From NCBI GenBank assembly GCA_022009775.1, contig CP091723.1:69345-133344 (forward strand): a stretch of DNA of 64,000 bases, written 5' to 3'. This stretch comes from Christensenella sp. (lineage in GTDB: Bacteria; Bacillota; Clostridia; Christensenellales; CAG-917). This document shows, piece after piece, positions 9,869 through 20,365 of this stretch; position 1 is the first letter of the stretch; each line of letters starts with the position of its first letter. The notes under the pieces are model-generated. The model saw nothing but the letters and a program-made list of their open reading frames with translations, made no database searches and was not told where the DNA came from. Position numbers and translations under genes: made by a program.

Positions 9869-10443
9869 CAGATAGAGAGAATCTCCTGTTCTTTTTCTTT
9901 GAAGAGTTTGTCAACTTCGTCGGTGTTCTTTGCAAGAGTCTTGTCTACCACTTCCGTGTAGTTCTTCAAATCGTCTTCGGTGATAACGGAAGATTTCTGA
10001 ATCTTCTTCAAATCGTCAATAGCGTCGCGACGCGCGTTGCGCATAACGATTTTCGCTTCTTCGACGAGATTCTTTGCTTCCTTTACGGTTGAGCGTCTGC
10101 GTTCTTCCGTGAGTTCGGGGAAAACGAGACGAATAACCTGACCGTCGTTGTTTGGCGTAAGACCGATGTTTGCGGCAAGAATAGCGCGTTCGATGTTTTT
10201 GAGTTGGGATTTATCCCATGCGGAAATCACGAGAAGACGTGCTTCGGGAACGGAAATGTTCGCCATATTATGTATGGGCGTGGGCGTTCCGTAATAATCG
10301 ACGACGATTTTGTCGAGAATGTGCGGATTTGCTCTGCCGGCGCGGATTGCGCGCAGCTCGCTAACGTAGTTTTGCAACGTTTTATCGATTTTTTCATTCA
10401 ACTCGTCGAAGATAAGATCGACTTCGTCAATACCGTATGACAT
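9868..10443 (-). CDS. frr: ribosome recycling factor
   Basis: 191-aa RRF sequence. Synteny pyrH-frr-uppS. Confidence 0.95.
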   Translation of the reverse strand: MSYGIDEVDLIFDELNEKIDKTLQNYVSELRAIRAGRANPHILDKIVVDYYGTPTPIHNMANISVPEARLLVISAWDKSQLKNIERAILAANIGLTPNNDGQVIRLVFPELTEERRRSTVKEAKNLVEEAKIVMRNARRDAIDDLKKIQKSSVITEDDLKNYTEVVDKTLAKNTDEVDKLFKEKEQEILSI

Positions 10444-10566
10444 AGTTTGTTCTCCTTTTATGGAAATGTAAATATATTATATCAAATATTATATCTTATT
10501 GCAAGAAGAAAAAATCGACCGAAGCGGCCGATTTTTCTCATATTTTCGCAATTTTTCAATCGAGAA

Positions 10567-11301
10567 TTATTTTACGATGCAAGTTCCGACGTTTTCGCCC
10601 ATAATCGCACGCTTGATGCTGTCCTTTTCCATGAGCGAGAACACGATGACCGGCACTTGATTGTCCATGCACATCGTGATTGCCGTCGTATCCATTGCTT
10701 TGAGACCTTTGGATATGACGTCCATATACGTAATGACTTCAAATTTCTTCGCATCGGGGTTTTTCTTGGGGTCGGAATCGTACACGCCGTCAACGTTCTT
10801 TGCAAGAAGAAGTGCGTCCGCGCCGATTTCGCACGCTCTGAGTGCCGCGCCCGTATCCGTCGAGAAATAAGGATTGCCCGTTCCGCAAGCGAAAATGACA
10901 ACTCTGCCTTTTTCGAAATGGCGAATTGCCTTGCGGAGAATGTACGGCTCTGCAACTTTGGTTATCGTGAGCGCGGTCTGCACTCTCACCGCAACGCCGA
11001 GTTGTTCAAGTTTGTCTTGAAGCGCGAGCGCGTTCATAACCGTTGCAAGCATACCCATGTGATCTGCCGTGGAACGATTCATCTTGTCGCCTGCCTGAAC
11101 ACCGCGCCAGAAGTTTCCGCCACCGATAACGACGCCGACGTCGATACCGAGATTTTTGACGTCGCGGATTTCCTTGCATACGTATTCGAGCTTTTCGGGG
11201 TCGATTCCCGTTCCGTTCGCACCGGCGAGTGCTTCGCCGGAAAGTTTTATGACGACGCGTTTATATTTTGCGCGCGGGTCGATTATTCTTTCTTCGTCCA
11301 T
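10567..11301 (-). CDS. pyrH: UMP kinase
   Basis: [12 protein letters not shown] motif. Start at Met with a GGAGA SD. Confidence 0.95.
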   Translation of the reverse strand: MDEERIIDPRAKYKRVVIKLSGEALAGANGTGIDPEKLEYVCKEIRDVKNLGIDVGVVIGGGNFWRGVQAGDKMNRSTADHMGMLATVMNALALQDKLEQLGVAVRVQTALTITKVAEPYILRKAIRHFEKGRVVIFACGTGNPYFSTDTGAALRACEIGADALLLAKNVDGVYDSDPKKNPDAKKFEVITYMDVISKGLKAMDTTAITMCMDNQVPVIVFSLMEKDSIKRAIMGENVGTCIVK

Positions 11302-11430
11302 ATTTCTCCTTGCAAGATTTCGGTATTCTAACACGTTCAATCTTGATTTTTCACGATAGAATCGTAAAATATTCGTTATTTTGAAATTTCAAAAAAGGAA
11401 TGACAAGCATTCCTTTTTTCATAAGTTCGA

Positions 11431-12303
11431 TTATTTGTTGAGATGCGCTTGCGCCATAACTTCGCCGACGAAATCGTCTTCTCTCTTTTGGAGACCTTCG
11501 CCCATTGCGTAACGGGTGAAACGGATGATTTTCGCATCGCCGTTTTGTTTCAAGTATTGAGCAACGGTAAGGTCGCCGTTCTTGACGAAAACTTGTTCGG
11601 TGAGGCAAACTTCTTTGTAGAACTTGTTGATTCTTCCAACGAGCATCTTTTCGATGATTGCTTCGGGCTTGTTGCTGTCTTCGTTCATCGCTTGCGCTTT
11701 GAGAATCTCTCTTTCGTGATCGACTTCCGATTGCGGCACTTCGTCTCTAGTGACGTATTGTGCGTTTGCAGCAGCGATTTGAAGTGCTACGTCGTGGATA
11801 ACTTCTGCGCTCGTGCCGCTTGTTGCTTCGACCATAACGCCGATTTTGCCGCCCATGTGAATGTAGGTGTCAACGACGGTGTCGTTTGCCTCGTAAACGG
11901 TGAAACGACGGATGGAGAGTTTTTCACCCATCTTCATGACGTACTCGTTGGTCACGGGTTGCATTGCCGCAGTAACGTCTTCGACGGTTGCGCTCGTATT
12001 ATCAAGGATATAATCGGCAACTTGTGCGACGTACTCTTTGAATACCGGGCCGCCTGCGACAAAGTCGGATTCGCAGTTGACTTCCAAAAGAACGGATTTG
12101 CCGTTTTTGCTTGCTGCGAAAACGATGCCTTCTGCTGCGATACGCGCTTCTTTCTTAGCAGCGGTTGCCATACCTTTTTCTCTCAAAAAGTCGATTGCAG
12201 CTTCCATATCGCCGTCGGTTGCGACGAGTGCTTTTTTGCAGTCCATCATACCAACGCCGGTGCGTTGACGAAGTTCCATAACATCTTTGCTTGTGAATGC
12301 CAT
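11431..12303 (-). CDS. tsf: elongation factor Ts
   Basis: MELRQRTGVGMMDCKKAL UBA-like N-terminus. SD present. Confidence 0.95.
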   Translation of the reverse strand: MAFTSKDVMELRQRTGVGMMDCKKALVATDGDMEAAIDFLREKGMATAAKKEARIAAEGIVFAASKNGKSVLLEVNCESDFVAGGPVFKEYVAQVADYILDNTSATVEDVTAAMQPVTNEYVMKMGEKLSIRRFTVYEANDTVVDTYIHMGGKIGVMVEATSGTSAEVIHDVALQIAAANAQYVTRDEVPQSEVDHEREILKAQAMNEDSNKPEAIIEKMLVGRINKFYKEVCLTEQVFVKNGDLTVAQYLKQNGDAKIIRFTRYAMGEGLQKREDDFVGEVMAQAHLNK

Positions 12304-12369
12304 ATATTTTCTCCTATATAGTTTGTTTTGAAACCGCACGCAAAAAGTTGCGTGCGGAAATTTTGACGA

Positions 12370-13191
12370 TTATTCTTGTGCTTCTTTCTCTGCGATTGCT
12401 TTTTCAAGTGCTTCTTCGGGAGTGAGAGCCTTTTCTTCTTTCACTTCTTCGACGGGAGCAGCAACTTCTTCAGCCTTCACTTCTTCGGTTGCGGCTGCGT
12501 GGAAAGATTCGCCTTGTTTTGCTTCGATAACCGCGTCTGCGATGATAGATGCAAAGAGTTGGATTGCGCGGATAGCGTCGTCGTTGCCCGGGATAACGTA
12601 GTCAACGAGATCGGGATCGCAGTTGGTGTCAACTACTGCAACGATAGGAATGTTGAGTTTGCGTGCTTCGCGAACTGCGTTTTCTTCTTTCTTAAGGTCA
12701 ACCACGAACAAGCAACCCGGAAGAGTGCGCATGTTCTTGATACCGCCAAGGTTCTTTTCGAGATCGTCACGTTCTTTCTTGAGATGTGCGACTTCTTTCT
12801 TGGGGAGAAGCTCGAACTCACCGATGAGTTCCATTTGGTTGATTTTGTTGAGTCTGTCGATTCTTGTGCGGATGGTCTTGAAGTTGGTGAGCGTACCGCC
12901 GAGCCATCTTTGGTTGATGTAGAACATATCGCAACGTTCTGCTTCTTGCTTGATAGCGTCTTGCGCTTGTTTCTTCGTGCCGACGAAAAGAACGGACTTG
13001 CCTTCTTGAACGACGCTCTTGACGAATTGATACGCTGCTTCTACATGGTCAACGGAGATTTGAAGGTCGATGATGTGAATATCGTTTCTCGTTGCGTAGA
13101 TGTACTTGCTCATCTTCGGGTTCCAACGCTTTGTTTGGTGTCCGAAATGCACGCCTGCTTCGAGCAGGGCTTTCATTGTTGTTACGGCCAT
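12370..13191 (-). CDS. rpsB: 30S ribosomal protein S2
   Basis: [19 protein letters not shown] motif. GGAGG SD. Confidence 0.95.
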   Translation of the reverse strand: MAVTTMKALLEAGVHFGHQTKRWNPKMSKYIYATRNDIHIIDLQISVDHVEAAYQFVKSVVQEGKSVLFVGTKKQAQDAIKQEAERCDMFYINQRWLGGTLTNFKTIRTRIDRLNKINQMELIGEFELLPKKEVAHLKKERDDLEKNLGGIKNMRTLPGCLFVVDLKKEENAVREARKLNIPIVAVVDTNCDPDLVDYVIPGNDDAIRAIQLFASIIADAVIEAKQGESFHAAATEEVKAEEVAAPVEEVKEEKALTPEEALEKAIAEKEAQE

Positions 13192-13494
13192 TTTTGTGGT
13201 CCTCCTAGAATTGTTTGTACCTTCCATGGTTTCAACGTGAAAATCTCCTTGCGGAACAATAATCACTCCGCCACGGTGTGTGGTCGATTTGGATTATATT
13301 ATATATAAAATAATTTTGCAAACAAAAATCAAAGAAAATCGCAAATTTTTCAGAAAATTTTCAAAAATTCCTATTTTTACACATTTTGGATACTATGCAA
13401 TTTGCGACAAACAAAATTTACATTGCCTATACTGCGCCAAAATCGCAAAAGAAAGCGCACGACATCGTGCGCTTTCAAAACTACGATTAATTTT

Positions 13495-13851
13495 TTAGTG
13501 GCAATCGTGATGGCAGCAAGAGCAATCGCTTCCGCAGTCGCAGTCTGCTTCTTCCATCTTTTCCACTTCCGCCATGAATTCGTCGAAAACTCTTTGCAAA
13601 AGATCTTCGTCTTCGATTGCGCAGAACACGTCGTTGCCGTCTTCGTTTTCCACGATTTCGTAGATAAGCACTTCGTCTTCTTCGATATCGTCGAGTTTTT
13701 CGACAGGCTTCATAACGACGAACCATCTCTTGTCAACGTCGAGCGTTGCGAGATGATAAAAATTTTCGTCCTTATCGGTCTCTTGATTGTACAACGTGAT
13801 AATATCGTCGTCTTCTGTTGTGTTGTTTTGGTCGTCAAAAAAATCAGCCAT
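13495..13851 (-). CDS. DUF1292-family protein with Cys/His-rich C-terminal tail
   Basis: Acidic DUF1292-like core (ITLYNQETDKDENFYHLATL...). Usual neighbour of ruvX. The tail is DCDCGSDCSCCHHDCH. Confidence 0.7.
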   Translation of the reverse strand: MADFFDDQNNTTEDDDIITLYNQETDKDENFYHLATLDVDKRWFVVMKPVEKLDDIEEDEVLIYEIVENEDGNDVFCAIEDEDLLQRVFDEFMAEVEKMEEADCDCGSDCSCCHHDCH

Positions 13852-14047
13852 TTTTATATTCTCCTTGGGCGTTGCCCGTTTGTTATCTTGATAGTAACAT
13901 ATTTTGCGCAATTTGCAACCATATTATTAAAATCGCAAGTAAAATTAAGACGATTTTATTTTATAGCAAATGATATAATATTATCGAATCATCGCAAAAT
14001 ATCTACTATTCAGTAGACTTTTTATGCAAAATATCTATATTTGACAG

Positions 14048-14484
14048 TCAGAACTTGAAAGACGAGTGAGAATCGAGATACGCCTGCAAAATTATGGTTG
14101 CGGCAACCTTGTCGATGACTTTTTGCGCTTTTCTCTTCTTACGTCGGCGTCTATAAGCATACGTTCGGCAGACACCGTCGTGAGCCTTTCGTCCTGATAA
14201 TACACGGGAATTCCGCTTGCTTTTTCAAGCATGTCGCCGAACTGTCTGGTAACTTCCGCTCTCGGTCCTTCCGTGCCGTCCATGTTCTTCGGCAAGCCGA
14301 GAACGAACGCGTCGGCGTCTTCTTTCTTTGCATATTCGCAAAAATACGCTATGTCGGCGTCCGTGTCGTTTTTCTTTCTGACGTAAGTTTCGCGCGGATT
14401 TGCGGTTATGCCCAAAAGGTCGCTGACGGCAACTCCTATGCGCACGTCTCCGACGTCAAGTGCGATTTTGTGTTTCTGCATCAT
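14048..14484 (-). pseudogene. ruvX: Holliday-junction resolvase-like nuclease RuvX/YqgF, C-terminal frameshift
   Basis: IALDVGDVRIGVAVSD motif. The expected C-terminus KVIDKVAATIILQAYLD is in the -1 frame and is restored if T5 at 14120-14124 is T6. Confidence 0.85.
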
Positions 14485-16232
14485 TTTATAAGTCCTTTAT
14501 AGTTTCTGTTCTTTCTTTTGTCGATTGCGTAAATGTTCGGCTTATTCTCGCCTATATATTCGTACCATTTTTCGCCTTTATCTTTAAGCACGAGAACGCC
14601 CGCGATACAAACCGCAACCGAGATAAGAGTTGCGACTGCCCAGAATATCGTTTTTACGAGAACTTCTCCCAGATTTTCGCATACAGCCGCAAGCACCATA
14701 CCGAGCGCAAACAACGCCATTGCCGGAATTAACGAGAGAAACGCGGTTATAATCTGATATACGTTTCCCCTGCTTGCCGTGCGCAATTCCGCCGTAGTTT
14801 CCCAGTGTTGATTGCCCTTTTTCATATCGAAAAGTATGCTTAGACTGCACACTCCCAAAACCATAAGCATGGTGTCTATGCCTGCAAACAGCGTCGATAC
14901 GATGTCTATCTTGTATAGCAATATCGCAATCAGCATCACGGGTATCATTATAACCGATGCCGAGCCGCATGCAAGCAAAAGTTTGGATTTTATGCTATCT
15001 TTCGGCTTTATAGGCAACGTTTTCGTGGCGAAAAAGGATTTTCCTTCTCTCGTATACGCCTGATTTGCAAGCATATTCGCGCCCGCAAGGAAAATCATTG
15101 AATACATGACAACGTATCCGATATTGAGCATTTCAGACATAAGCGCAGGCATTTCGCCTTCCGCTCCGCTCTCTTTGAACCCTGTGATGAAATAAGACAC
15201 GACGATGAAAATCGGAGCCATCAGCATGTTGGCAAACGAACTCATCGCAAGAGAACTGTTGCGGACAATCATCGTCAAATCGCGCTTTGCAAGCGAGATC
15301 ACGACGTTTTGTTGTTTGAAGTTTTCGGTTTTGTTGACGTCTTGCGCCGAGTTTTCGCCTTTCTTCGAGATTATTCTGCGATAAAACAGCCCTGCAAGCA
15401 ATATAGAAACCGCAATCATTGCAACGGTTATGCCGACGGATATCCCGAAATTCTTCCCGACGTCTATGCCCATTGCAAAGAAAACAAGAGTTTTGTCCAG
15501 ATAAACTACGGTTGCGAAAGTCGCCAAAACTCCGATCGTCCGATCGGTTACAATATCGTCGCCTTTCTGTCCGAAGCCTTTTGTGTTCATGAAGTAGACA
15601 AGCACCATATACGCGCACATTATAAGCACATACACAAGGACTGTTATTATGCTTTTCAGCGTAGGTTTGCCTTTTATGAAAGAGCCTATCCAGGTTATCG
15701 GCAACGAAAACAGCGTCACGATAAAAAGCGGAAGCACGGGCGCAACCGCCGTTACGATTATCGCAAGCGCGTACGCACCGTAAAACACCCTTCCGTTTGC
15801 GATATTGAAGCCGATAAGCATCGAATATAGAATCGGCAACAACATAAGAGCCGTCATCTTGAGAATTGTGACGTAAACAAGCGTGAATTTTGCAAAGAAC
15901 ACGTCGACGGACTTTATAGGCAAAGATTGCAAAAGCGGTGCGTCTTTTGCTCCGTACAACGTTGAAAACACCGCTCCGAGCGACAAAAACGTTGCGATGA
16001 ATTGCACGGCTATAACGGCAATACAAACGAGATATGCAAGCGCCAAATCGTCTTTTACCGTGCTTGCAACGTATCCTGCCATAGCCGCAACGATAAGTAC
16101 GATGGGGACGAAAGCAATCATCATTCCGACAGAACCGGACTTCACTCGCTTTTGTCCTTTTTCTCTTCTTAAATCGGCGGTAACGTCTTTATAAAGCGTT
16201 TTGAAAAGCAACAGTGATTTCGTCATATTCAC
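14481..16232 (-). CDS. multi-pass membrane protein, putative ABC-transporter permease
   Basis: 583 aa, more than 10 hydrophobic segments. Translationally coupled to the upstream ABC ATPase gene. Confidence 0.65.
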   Translation of the reverse strand: MNMTKSLLLFKTLYKDVTADLRREKGQKRVKSGSVGMMIAFVPIVLIVAAMAGYVASTVKDDLALAYLVCIAVIAVQFIATFLSLGAVFSTLYGAKDAPLLQSLPIKSVDVFFAKFTLVYVTILKMTALMLLPILYSMLIGFNIANGRVFYGAYALAIIVTAVAPVLPLFIVTLFSLPITWIGSFIKGKPTLKSIITVLVYVLIMCAYMVLVYFMNTKGFGQKGDDIVTDRTIGVLATFATVVYLDKTLVFFAMGIDVGKNFGISVGITVAMIAVSILLAGLFYRRIISKKGENSAQDVNKTENFKQQNVVISLAKRDLTMIVRNSSLAMSSFANMLMAPIFIVVSYFITGFKESGAEGEMPALMSEMLNIGYVVMYSMIFLAGANMLANQAYTREGKSFFATKTLPIKPKDSIKSKLLLACGSASVIMIPVMLIAILLYKIDIVSTLFAGIDTMLMVLGVCSLSILFDMKKGNQHWETTAELRTASRGNVYQIITAFLSLIPAMALFALGMVLAAVCENLGEVLVKTIFWAVATLISVAVCIAGVLVLKDKGEKWYEYIGENKPNIYAIDKRKNRNYKGLIK

Positions 16233-16987
16233 TCCGCTTTTTCGCCAAATGACGCCTGATTTTGCAAATCGTCGGTGAGTTTAAGGAACAATTCTTCAAG
16301 CGACTTGTCCTGATTGCGCTCTTTGAGTTCTTCGATTCCGCAACAGGTTATAAGTTTTCCGTCGTCGATAATTCCCACTCTGTCGCACACTTTTTCCACT
16401 ACTTCGAGAACGTGGGACGAGAAAAACACGCAGTTGCCTTTGTCGGCGTGTTCGCGCATGAGTTTTTGAGATTAAAAGCGGATCTGGGATCGAGCCCCGT
16501 CATAGGCTCGTCGAGGATCCACACTTTCGGCTCGTGAATGAGTGCTGAAATGACGTTGAGTTTTTGTTTCATTCCGTGAGAATATGTTGAAATTTGTTTT
16601 TTCACCGCGTCCGTGAGCGAAAAAAGCTCGGCATACTTGTCAAGCCTTTCCTTTCTTTCCGCCTGCGGAACGTCAAAAAACGTCGCAAATGAAATTTATG
16701 TATTCCACACCGGTCAAACCTTCGTACATAACGTGGTCGTCGCTTACGTATCCTATACGTTTTTTCGCTTCTATGGGGTTCTGCTTGATGTCGATTCCGT
16801 CAACAAGCACGTTGCCGTCCGCAAAATCCACTATGCCTGTTATGCACTTTATGGTTGTGGACTTTCCTGCGCCGTTCGGACCGATAAAACCGAAAATCTC
16901 GCCGTCGTTTACTTTAAGCGACAGATTGTCAACGGACGGTTTTGCGTTTGCGCCGTAAGTTTTTGTAAGGTTGTTTATTTCAAGCAT
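16229..16987 (-). pseudogene. ABC transporter ATP-binding protein, two frameshifts
   Basis: Walker A GPNGAGKST, signature YSHGMKQK and Walker B ILDEP are spread over three frames. The shifts are at A6 16683-16688 and T5 16463-16467. Confidence 0.85.
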
Positions 16988-17026
16988 AAAGTTTTCAATC
17001 TCCCGTGTTAATAACGTTTTCGCCGC

Positions 17027-17581
17027 TTATTTCAGGTGCAATTTGAGTTTCAGCCCTTCAAAAACGTCGGTGAGCATCTCGCTGACGCTTTGCTCGTCCC
17101 ACTGGATATATTTCGTTGCAATCATCGTAGCAAAACCGTGCACGAAAACCCACATCTCAGTCTGAATGAGCATTGCCGTTTGCTTGTTGCAACCGAGCGT
17201 TTTGACAAGAAGATCCGTCATCACTCGTTGCGTCGATCCTGCCATAGACATGACGGACGCGCCTTTTTCGTCCATAAAAAGCAATTTGAAATACTCGGGA
17301 TAATCCTTTGCAAAACCGATATACGCAAAACCTATCGCTTTGAAAGGCGGATATTTGTCGCTTTGCGCGTGTTCGTCGATATACTTCTCGAAAATTTTGA
17401 GTATTCGTTTGTTCACCGCGTCTTTCAAATCGTCCATAGTGGCGAAGTTGTAGAAAATCGGCTGAATGGAGCAATCGAGATGTTTTGCGATTGCACGTGC
17501 GTTGAGCGTCTCACCGTTCTTTATCATATCGATGGACACGTTCTCTATCATTTGTTTTGTCACGGTCACTTTTCTTGGCAT
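17027..17581 (-). CDS. TetR/AcrR family transcriptional regulator
   Basis: N-terminal HTH (…ARAIAKHLDCSIQPIFYNF…). Heads the ABC operon. Confidence 0.85.
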   Translation of the reverse strand: MPRKVTVTKQMIENVSIDMIKNGETLNARAIAKHLDCSIQPIFYNFATMDDLKDAVNKRILKIFEKYIDEHAQSDKYPPFKAIGFAYIGFAKDYPEYFKLLFMDEKGASVMSMAGSTQRVMTDLLVKTLGCNKQTAMLIQTEMWVFVHGFATMIATKYIQWDEQSVSEMLTDVFEGLKLKLHLK

Positions 17582-17700
17582 AATTCACCCGCTTTTTATT
17601 TTATATCAATTGATATTATATGCCGATTTCCACAATATGTCAAGACCGACTTTCAATTTTCGCCAAATTTCGATATATAAAATATATCGCTCGCAAAATA

Positions 17701-17736
17701 AAAAACGGATTGCAGTGTTTTTGAAGTCCGTTTTTG
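17701..17736 (-). terminator. putative intrinsic terminator after rarA
   Basis: AAACGGA/TCCGTTT stem followed by a T-run on the minus strand. Confidence 0.4.
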
Positions 17737-17751
17737 AAAAGAATCAAATTT

Positions 17752-19044
17752 TCACTTTCTCTTGTCTTGTCTTTCTTTTATCACCTTTTCAAAGCCGTTT
17801 TCGGTCGGCTCATAGAACTTGGCGTCCTTGATCTCGTCGGGCAAATACTGTTGTTTTACCCAACCGCCGTAATCGTGCGGATATTTGTAACCGCTCACTT
17901 TTTCTTCGTTACCCTTGTAATTCGGCTCTCTAAGATACAGCGGAACGGTTTCGTGTTTTATGGTCTTCACCGCATTATCCGCACCGCCGAGCGCTTCGAC
18001 GACTTTGTTCGATTTCGGCGCTTCGGAAACGTAAATTATGCCTTCGGCAAGCGGAATTCTGCCTTCCGGTAAACCGATACGCTCAAAAGCCTGCACGCAA
18101 GAAGTCGCCACCACGATTGCGTTGGGATCGGCCATACCAACGTCTTCGCAAGCGTGAATCATGATTCTTCGCCCTATAAGCATCGGGTCGCAACCTGCCT
18201 CGATGAGTCTTTCCGCCCAATACAACGCGGCATTACTGTCCGAGCCGCGCATACTCTTTATAAAAGCCGAAATCATGTCGTAATACATATCTTCGGTCAT
18301 GCTGAGTGCTTTTTGTTGTATGGATTGCTCCGCTTCTTCTTTGCCTACTTTGATAACTCCGTCTTCTCCGGCATGCGTAGTGAGTGCGGCAAGTTCCAGC
18401 GCGTTGAGTGCCGTTCGCATATCTCCGCCGCTTGCCCACGCAATATGGTGCAACGCTTCGTCGGACACGACAAGATTCATGTTTCCGAGTCCGCGTTCCT
18501 TGTCTTTCACCGCTCTTTCCAGACCTTTGAGAATATCCTGTTCAGTGAGCCTGGAGAAATTGAAAATGCGGCATCTCGACACGATTGCGCGCGTCATCGA
18601 AACGTAGGGATTTTCCGTCGTAGAGCCGATAAAGATGATGTATCCTTGCTCTATTGCCTGCAACACGCTGTCGCTTTGGGCCTTGTTCCAACGATGACAT
18701 TCGTCAAGAAGCAAATAGGTGCGTTTTCCGTACATACGCAACAAATCGCGTGCTTCGTCAATGACTTTCTTTGCGTCGGCAACGCCGCTCGTGACCGCGT
18801 TGAGTTTGACGAAATTTGCGTTGGTGTTTTCCGCAATGATGTTGGCAAGCGTGGTTTTTCCCGTGCCGGGCGGGCCGTAAAATATGCAACTTCCGAGTTT
18901 ATCTGCGGCAATCGCACGACGAAGAAGCGAGCCTTCGCCCACTATCCTGCCTTGCCCCAAGAACTCGTCGAGCGTGCGCGGACGCATACGCTCTGCAAGC
19001 GGTGCCATTTTTTCTACGTTGTTTTGAAGGTCGAACAAATCCAT
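17752..19044 (-). CDS. rarA: replication-associated recombination protein A (AAA ATPase)
   Basis: GPPGTGKTTLA Walker A and MgsA C-terminal domain sequence. Confidence 0.9.
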   Translation of the reverse strand: MDLFDLQNNVEKMAPLAERMRPRTLDEFLGQGRIVGEGSLLRRAIAADKLGSCIFYGPPGTGKTTLANIIAENTNANFVKLNAVTSGVADAKKVIDEARDLLRMYGKRTYLLLDECHRWNKAQSDSVLQAIEQGYIIFIGSTTENPYVSMTRAIVSRCRIFNFSRLTEQDILKGLERAVKDKERGLGNMNLVVSDEALHHIAWASGGDMRTALNALELAALTTHAGEDGVIKVGKEEAEQSIQQKALSMTEDMYYDMISAFIKSMRGSDSNAALYWAERLIEAGCDPMLIGRRIMIHACEDVGMADPNAIVVATSCVQAFERIGLPEGRIPLAEGIIYVSEAPKSNKVVEALGGADNAVKTIKHETVPLYLREPNYKGNEEKVSGYKYPHDYGGWVKQQYLPDEIKDAKFYEPTENGFEKVIKERQDKRK

Positions 19045-19109
19045 ATCTCGATTATATCAATCGGGTGCGCGTTTGTAAAGAAATAGAAAGAAATCTCATA
19101 CAATATATC

Positions 19110-19787
19110 GTGAAAAACGCAACGAGAAAAAGAAAAACCGCCCACCCCAAACTATTCAGAGTTATCATCGCGATATCGCTGATGATTGCGGTTTTCATTT
19201 TCTGCACCGTATACTTCCGCTCAAACATCGTGCCCACAGTCATGGACAGTTCGGTTGCGCAAATGCGCGCCATCACCACAAACGCCGTCAATCTCGCCGC
19301 AACCACCGTACTTTCGGCCGGACTTACGTATGACCAACTTTTTGAAATCGTCAAGGACAACGACGGAAAAGTGACGATGATAAAGGCAAATTCTCCGGAA
19401 ATCAACAAAATAGCGCGGCAAATCGCAAACCTGGCGCAAGCAAATCTCGACTCGCTCGGCACGCAGGAGATTCAAATCTCCGCCGGTACGTTCACGGGGC
19501 TTGCGCTCCTTATGGGATTCGGACCGGACGTAACAATAAAAATATCGCCGATCGGCACTGCTAACTGCGATTTCGTGTCATATTTTCAGTCGGCAGGCAT
19601 CAATCAGACATTGCACAAAATCTACATCGACGTGTATGCGGACGTAAGCATAGTCACACCTATCGACCAACCCACCATAAGCGTAAAAGCCGAAGTGCTT
19701 GTGTGCGAAAATCTCATCGTTGGAACAGTCCCCGACACTTTCTTGAACGTGAAAACCAACTCTGAGATGTTCAACCTGAGCGCATAA
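19110..19787 (+). CDS. yunB: sporulation protein YunB-like
   Basis: N-terminal TM followed by a YunB-like domain. Start assumed at the in-frame GTG 19110, because the longer ORF overlaps rarA. Confidence 0.55.
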   Translation: MKNATRKRKTAHPKLFRVIIAISLMIAVFIFCTVYFRSNIVPTVMDSSVAQMRAITTNAVNLAATTVLSAGLTYDQLFEIVKDNDGKVTMIKANSPEINKIARQIANLAQANLDSLGTQEIQISAGTFTGLALLMGFGPDVTIKISPIGTANCDFVSYFQSAGINQTLHKIYIDVYADVSIVTPIDQPTISVKAEVLVCENLIVGTVPDTFLNVKTNSEMFNLSA

Positions 19788-19956
19788 CGGCAAAAAATCC
19801 GCAAAAGCACAAACAACACCGATATACCAAACGATTGAGCGATTGTATAAGTCAATGTTTTGGAGAGATTATATCGAATAAGAATTGCTCGGTGGAAATC
19901 GCATTTTAAAGAATGATTGATATTGATTAAACCGTGCATCTAAATTTTTTTTGCCG

Positions 19957-20328
19957 TCACATCTTTTTTGAACGAGAGCGAGATATAAGTCCGAAGACAA
20001 AGCCGCACACGATCACGGTGGTCAGTCCTGCCGAAACCGCGCTCATTCCGCCCGTTATCGCGCCGAGAAATCCGTCCTTTTTCACGCCTTCCAGCGCGCC
20101 TTTTGCCAAATTCGAGCCGAATCCGATTATGGGTATAGTTATGCCCGAACCCGCAAACTCTTTTATCGGCTCGAACGCACCGCAAATTTCAAGCACAACG
20201 CCCACGAGCATATACGTCACGAGTATGCGCGCCGACGACATTCTCGTTTTGTTGATGAGAAACTGCCCTATCATACACACGAGTCCGCCCACTGCAAACG
20301 TTTTGAGATAATCCAAAAAAACTTCCAT
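19957..20328 (-). CDS. spoVAE: stage V sporulation protein AE (SpoVAEB-type)
   Basis: 123-aa membrane protein with a family-like sequence, downstream of spoVAD. Confidence 0.8.
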   Translation of the reverse strand: MEVFLDYLKTFAVGGLVCMIGQFLINKTRMSSARILVTYMLVGVVLEICGAFEPIKEFAGSGITIPIIGFGSNLAKGALEGVKKDGFLGAITGGMSAVSAGLTTVIVCGFVFGLISRSRSKKM

Positions 20329-20365
20329 TTTTCACCACATCTCCATTATTTAGCGGAGTTTTGCA

